A stretch of 64,000 nucleotides of DNA, taken from positions 655 through 64,654 of the forward strand of contig NW_026925150.1 of assembly GCF_032062105.1 (NCBI RefSeq). The letters are read 5' to 3'. Position 1 is the stretch's first letter, and every line of letters starts with the position of its first letter. The position numbers and the translations under genes were made by a program. Below, in pieces: positions 61,101 to 64,000 of the stretch. Below the pieces are notes generated by a model that saw only the letters and a program-made list of their open reading frames with translations, was not told the origin of the DNA and did no database searches. The DNA comes from Saccostrea cucullata. Taxonomy: Eukaryota.

Positions 61101-62430
61101 CAATGAAATCCTATTTCGGGGGCGGGATGGGTTTTGAGTTAGATTCAAATTCTTCTATAGAATCAAATTTAAATTTTCTTCCTACTATACGTACTACATT
61201 TACTTATTTGACCCTTTTTCTTATAAAAAGTGGGTCGGCCTTTAACGAGGCTGGGGTGTGGCAGCCATTTTCAGACTATTTTGATCTCCTTTAAAAGAAG
61301 AGCTCCATATAAAGATCTTCAAAAATGATAAAATTTTAAAACTAAAATGTATGAATTTTTTCTTTGCCAAATGATAGTTGACAGATTAAATGATAGTTGA
61401 CAGATTAAGATACCGTATCTAAAAAAATAAGTTAAATCTGGTGGTTGATTTATGGTTAATTTGTTGACCCCCCAGCCTCCTTAAATGAAGGTAGCTGAAA
61501 AAAAAGAAGCCGCTTTTCCTGTGTGCCCAGAGAAAATAAATATGGAGTTTCCATCATTGGATCGGGAGATCGGATCCGGCCTTCAGAAGTTCGATTAAGG
61601 CGTATTGAAGAATCTCAAATAACCCAACCTTTGCTTACCTAGTTTTACCAACTCTCGTAGCGAACACCACGCCACCTAGCGTTATAATGCCGCACTAAAT
61701 TTTGACGGTTTGACAACTTCCATTCGTCTTCATTGAATATGCTTCATTGTTAGCGTGATTGAATTAACATTCGTAGTAGAGATAATGCTAATAATTTATG
61801 AAAGAAACTGTTTAAGTTTAAAAGAAAGTAGAATGAATTTACAAAAATAAAGCAACATAGAAGTAAAGACAAAATGAAGAAGGATAAAAGTCAAAGTGAA
61901 ATGTAATAAAGACGAATATGAAAACAATAAAGTGACATATAATTACAATAACAACAAAGCATAAAGAAGTAGGCAGAATAAGAATAAAAGCAAGATACAT
62001 AGACTTTTGGCGGTAATTCCCTTCCATACTCTGGGTGCACTGCGGGTTCGCTCGTGTTCAGCTCTGGGTTAGCTGCAGATCTGTATCGTTAAGGTTTTTA
62101 TATATTTATCTTTGCCATGACGCTAATGATCCTGTAATGCAAAAAGGTGCAAATTATGGCGCAATATTTTTGCGTTCTTTCGGGGAAAATTTCTCCACTT
62201 TCCAGCATCGGTTTGGTTTGAACATATTTTATTGTTTAGATGTTACAACAAAAGGATTGGACACAAGTTCTTAAAACTTGGAACGTCCTCTCCTTTTAAA
62301 ACAATTACATGTAATTACACAAAGTATTGTGAAAAAAATTAATTTACACTGGAACCGAAGGTCAATAAGATTATATAACAAAAGTAATGCATGTACAAAA
62401 TTGAGATTGATGTACTATGTACAAACGAAT

Positions 62431-64000
62431 CTAAAAACATTCAAAAAAAAGACCAGATCTCTTGTTATTAAACAATTGCACATTTAAAAATAAACTTTCA
62501 TTTTCAAAAATACTGATCGAATTATCTCCCCATAACAGAACATGAGTGTCTACAATACGCAAGTTAATAATTCTAAAAATAGCATTGAACAGGTCTTTTC
62601 TTGGGGCAATGTCACAAGTGCATAATGGACTGTTAATAATACTACACTTAAATAAGTCTTTATTAAAAACGCAATTGTGTCTTAATCTAGTATGAATTAC
62701 ACTCCAGAAACGATCACCAAAAGTAAAAAAGGACGGGGTAGGTGTTCTCTGAGAGTTTTTTTTACAATTTTTTAAGAAATCTATAGTAGTTGATTGTCTT
62801 GTTTCAAGAGATAAAGAGTTCCATTCTCTTATTGCCATTGTAACAAATGATGATTTATATATATTTAATCTACACTTAGTGAAGTAATAATTTTGAGATG
62901 GTCTTGTTACGTAATTTGATTCGTGTAATCGAATATTTGGAAATATTTCTTTCAGATACCCGGGTACCATGTTATGAAATATTTTAAACATAGTTGTTCT
63001 TACTTTGGACATTCGTCTCTCCAGCAAGTGGTTCCCAATCTCGCGATGCCAATGAAGTTAACCCAGTGACTATTCTTGCTGCTGCAAATTGTATTTTTAG
63101 TAGTATTTCGGAATCTTGATTAGAACACCCACACCAAATTTCAGTGGAGTATTCTAATTGAGGTCTTATAAAAGTAGCATATAAAAGGTTGTAGCACTGA
63201 CCCTGAATTGCAGTTTTTTAAGTAGACCTTATTTTTATATGCATTGGCCACGGCAGAATCAATGTACGTTTGAAAAGAGAATAACTAAGTGATTATGTGA
63301 TGAAACAAAATCTTAATCACAATCTTGAAATTTTAGCAATGGTAAATCTACATTTTTCCTGATACTAAAAAATACAGCTTTGGTTTTCGAGGGATTAAAT
63401 TTCAATATCCAATGTTTAGACCAACGCTCAGGTTGATTTAAATCATTATTCAGTCCTAATTGAATATCATGTACATTTTCTGCACATTTCTGTAAAGAAT
63501 TATCATCGGCATACAACTTGCTTAAGGTCGACAAATTTTCAGCAACATCATTGACATATATGAAGTCTTAGAATAAAAGCGGTCCCAATACAGACCCCTG
63601 GGAGACTCTAGCATGTAAAGATTTAAAACTAGACATAGTATTCCTATGTTGTACCCTTTGTGTCCTTAAATCTAAATAAGTTGTCACTAACACCATATGT
63701 TTGTAGCTTAAAGAGAAGACCTTTATGCCATACTCGATCAAATGCCTTGGACAAATCACAAAAAAACTATATAACAGTGTTTTCCTTCATCAATAGCTTT
63801 AGCTATGTAATCGAATGTCTCATTAAGTTGATAAACCGTTGAATGACCTGGTAAAAAGCCAGTCTGATATTTATTAAAAAGATTGTTAGAATTAAAATAA
63901 TTATAAACATATTTGAAAATAACTCGCTCCATAATTTTACCTAAGCAGGTTAATAATGACACAGGTCTATAATTTGATAATAATGATGAGTCACCTTTTT
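62431..64000 (-). mobile_element. LINE (jockey/CR1-like) reverse-transcriptase region, frameshifted, running off the window end
   Basis: ORF 63756..63962(-) 'LLTCLGKIMERVIF...FNKYQTGFLPGHSTVYQLNE'. ORF 63568..63759(-) '...RVSQGSVLGPLLF'. ORF 63313..63534(-) 'LYADDNSL...WILKFNPSKTKAVFFS' (YADD motif). ORF 62431..63027(-) is the C-terminal tail '...RLNIYKSSFVTMAIREWNSL...'. Confidence 0.7.

Larger units (their letters stand above)
58420..62045. mobile_element. Large inverted-repeat (foldback-like) element: ~400-500-bp arms flanking ~2.8 kb that holds a SINE and GC-rich palindromes
   Basis: Left arm 58425-58810 ('ggaagggaattaccgtcaaaagtctatgtatcttgcttttattcttattctgcc...cgctaggtggcaggggtgttcgctaagagtgttggtaaaattaggtaagcaaacc') is the reverse complement of the right arm 61615-62040. 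Weaker extension to 58330/62090. No transposase ORF. Confidence 0.6.

Overview
This 64 kb window is eukaryotic nuclear DNA, not prokaryotic. It is AT-rich with long (TA)n and (CT)n microsatellites, spliceosomal introns with GT..AG boundaries, tRNA-derived SINEs, LINE reverse-transcriptase fragments, and many MITE/foldback elements and satellite arrays. The repeat content, and the protein families, point to a bivalve-mollusc (oyster-like) genome. I base this on the large expansion of HSPA12-type Hsp70 genes that I recall for oyster genomes, but I could not verify it here.

I can support only two host protein-coding loci.

(1) A cluster of HSPA12-like (Hsp70 family member 12) paralogs.
- Gene A (plus strand): a 4-exon model at 20615..28467. 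Its last exon carries an in-frame TAA at 28258..28260 where paralogs encode Tyr.
- Gene B (plus strand): a 3'-terminal exon only (34394..35437) with a 1-bp frameshift near 34800. I found no upstream exons.
- Pseudogene C (minus strand): a terminal-exon copy at 14751..15640 with a stop and several frameshifts. Its 5' side abuts a ~3.7 kb element with long terminal inverted repeats (TIRs) at 15668.

(2) An XK-related (XKR) multi-pass membrane protein gene on the minus strand (42274..49661, 3 exons, ~419 aa). Its 5.9 kb intron 2 contains a foldback-like element (45855..48440, ~400 bp inverted arms) with a further TIR element nested inside.

The rest of the window is repeat landscape:
- A degraded Crypton-like tyrosine-recombinase (DUF3504) remnant at 32945..33831. 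It sits inside a ~4.1 kb segment bounded by ~70 bp inverted repeats and is preceded by a 460 bp direct duplication.
- A 0.8 kb array of a 21 bp palindromic minisatellite enclosed by ~45 bp inverted flanks (11419..12228).
- A ~4.4 kb tandem segmental duplication (about 50090..54490 and 54490..58185). The two copies differ by a 570 bp TIR element present only in copy 1.
- A MITE-like family with GGTCACCTGAGC termini, internal satellites and (GACR)n tails.
- Large inverted-repeat elements at 15668..19376 and 58420..62045.
- Six copies of a tRNA-derived SINE with a conserved central domain.
- Two LINE fragments, one at each window edge.

All ORF-track ORFs that lie inside satellites or minisatellites are translation artefacts. 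Coordinates are approximate (+/- a few bp) unless tied to an ORF-track boundary.
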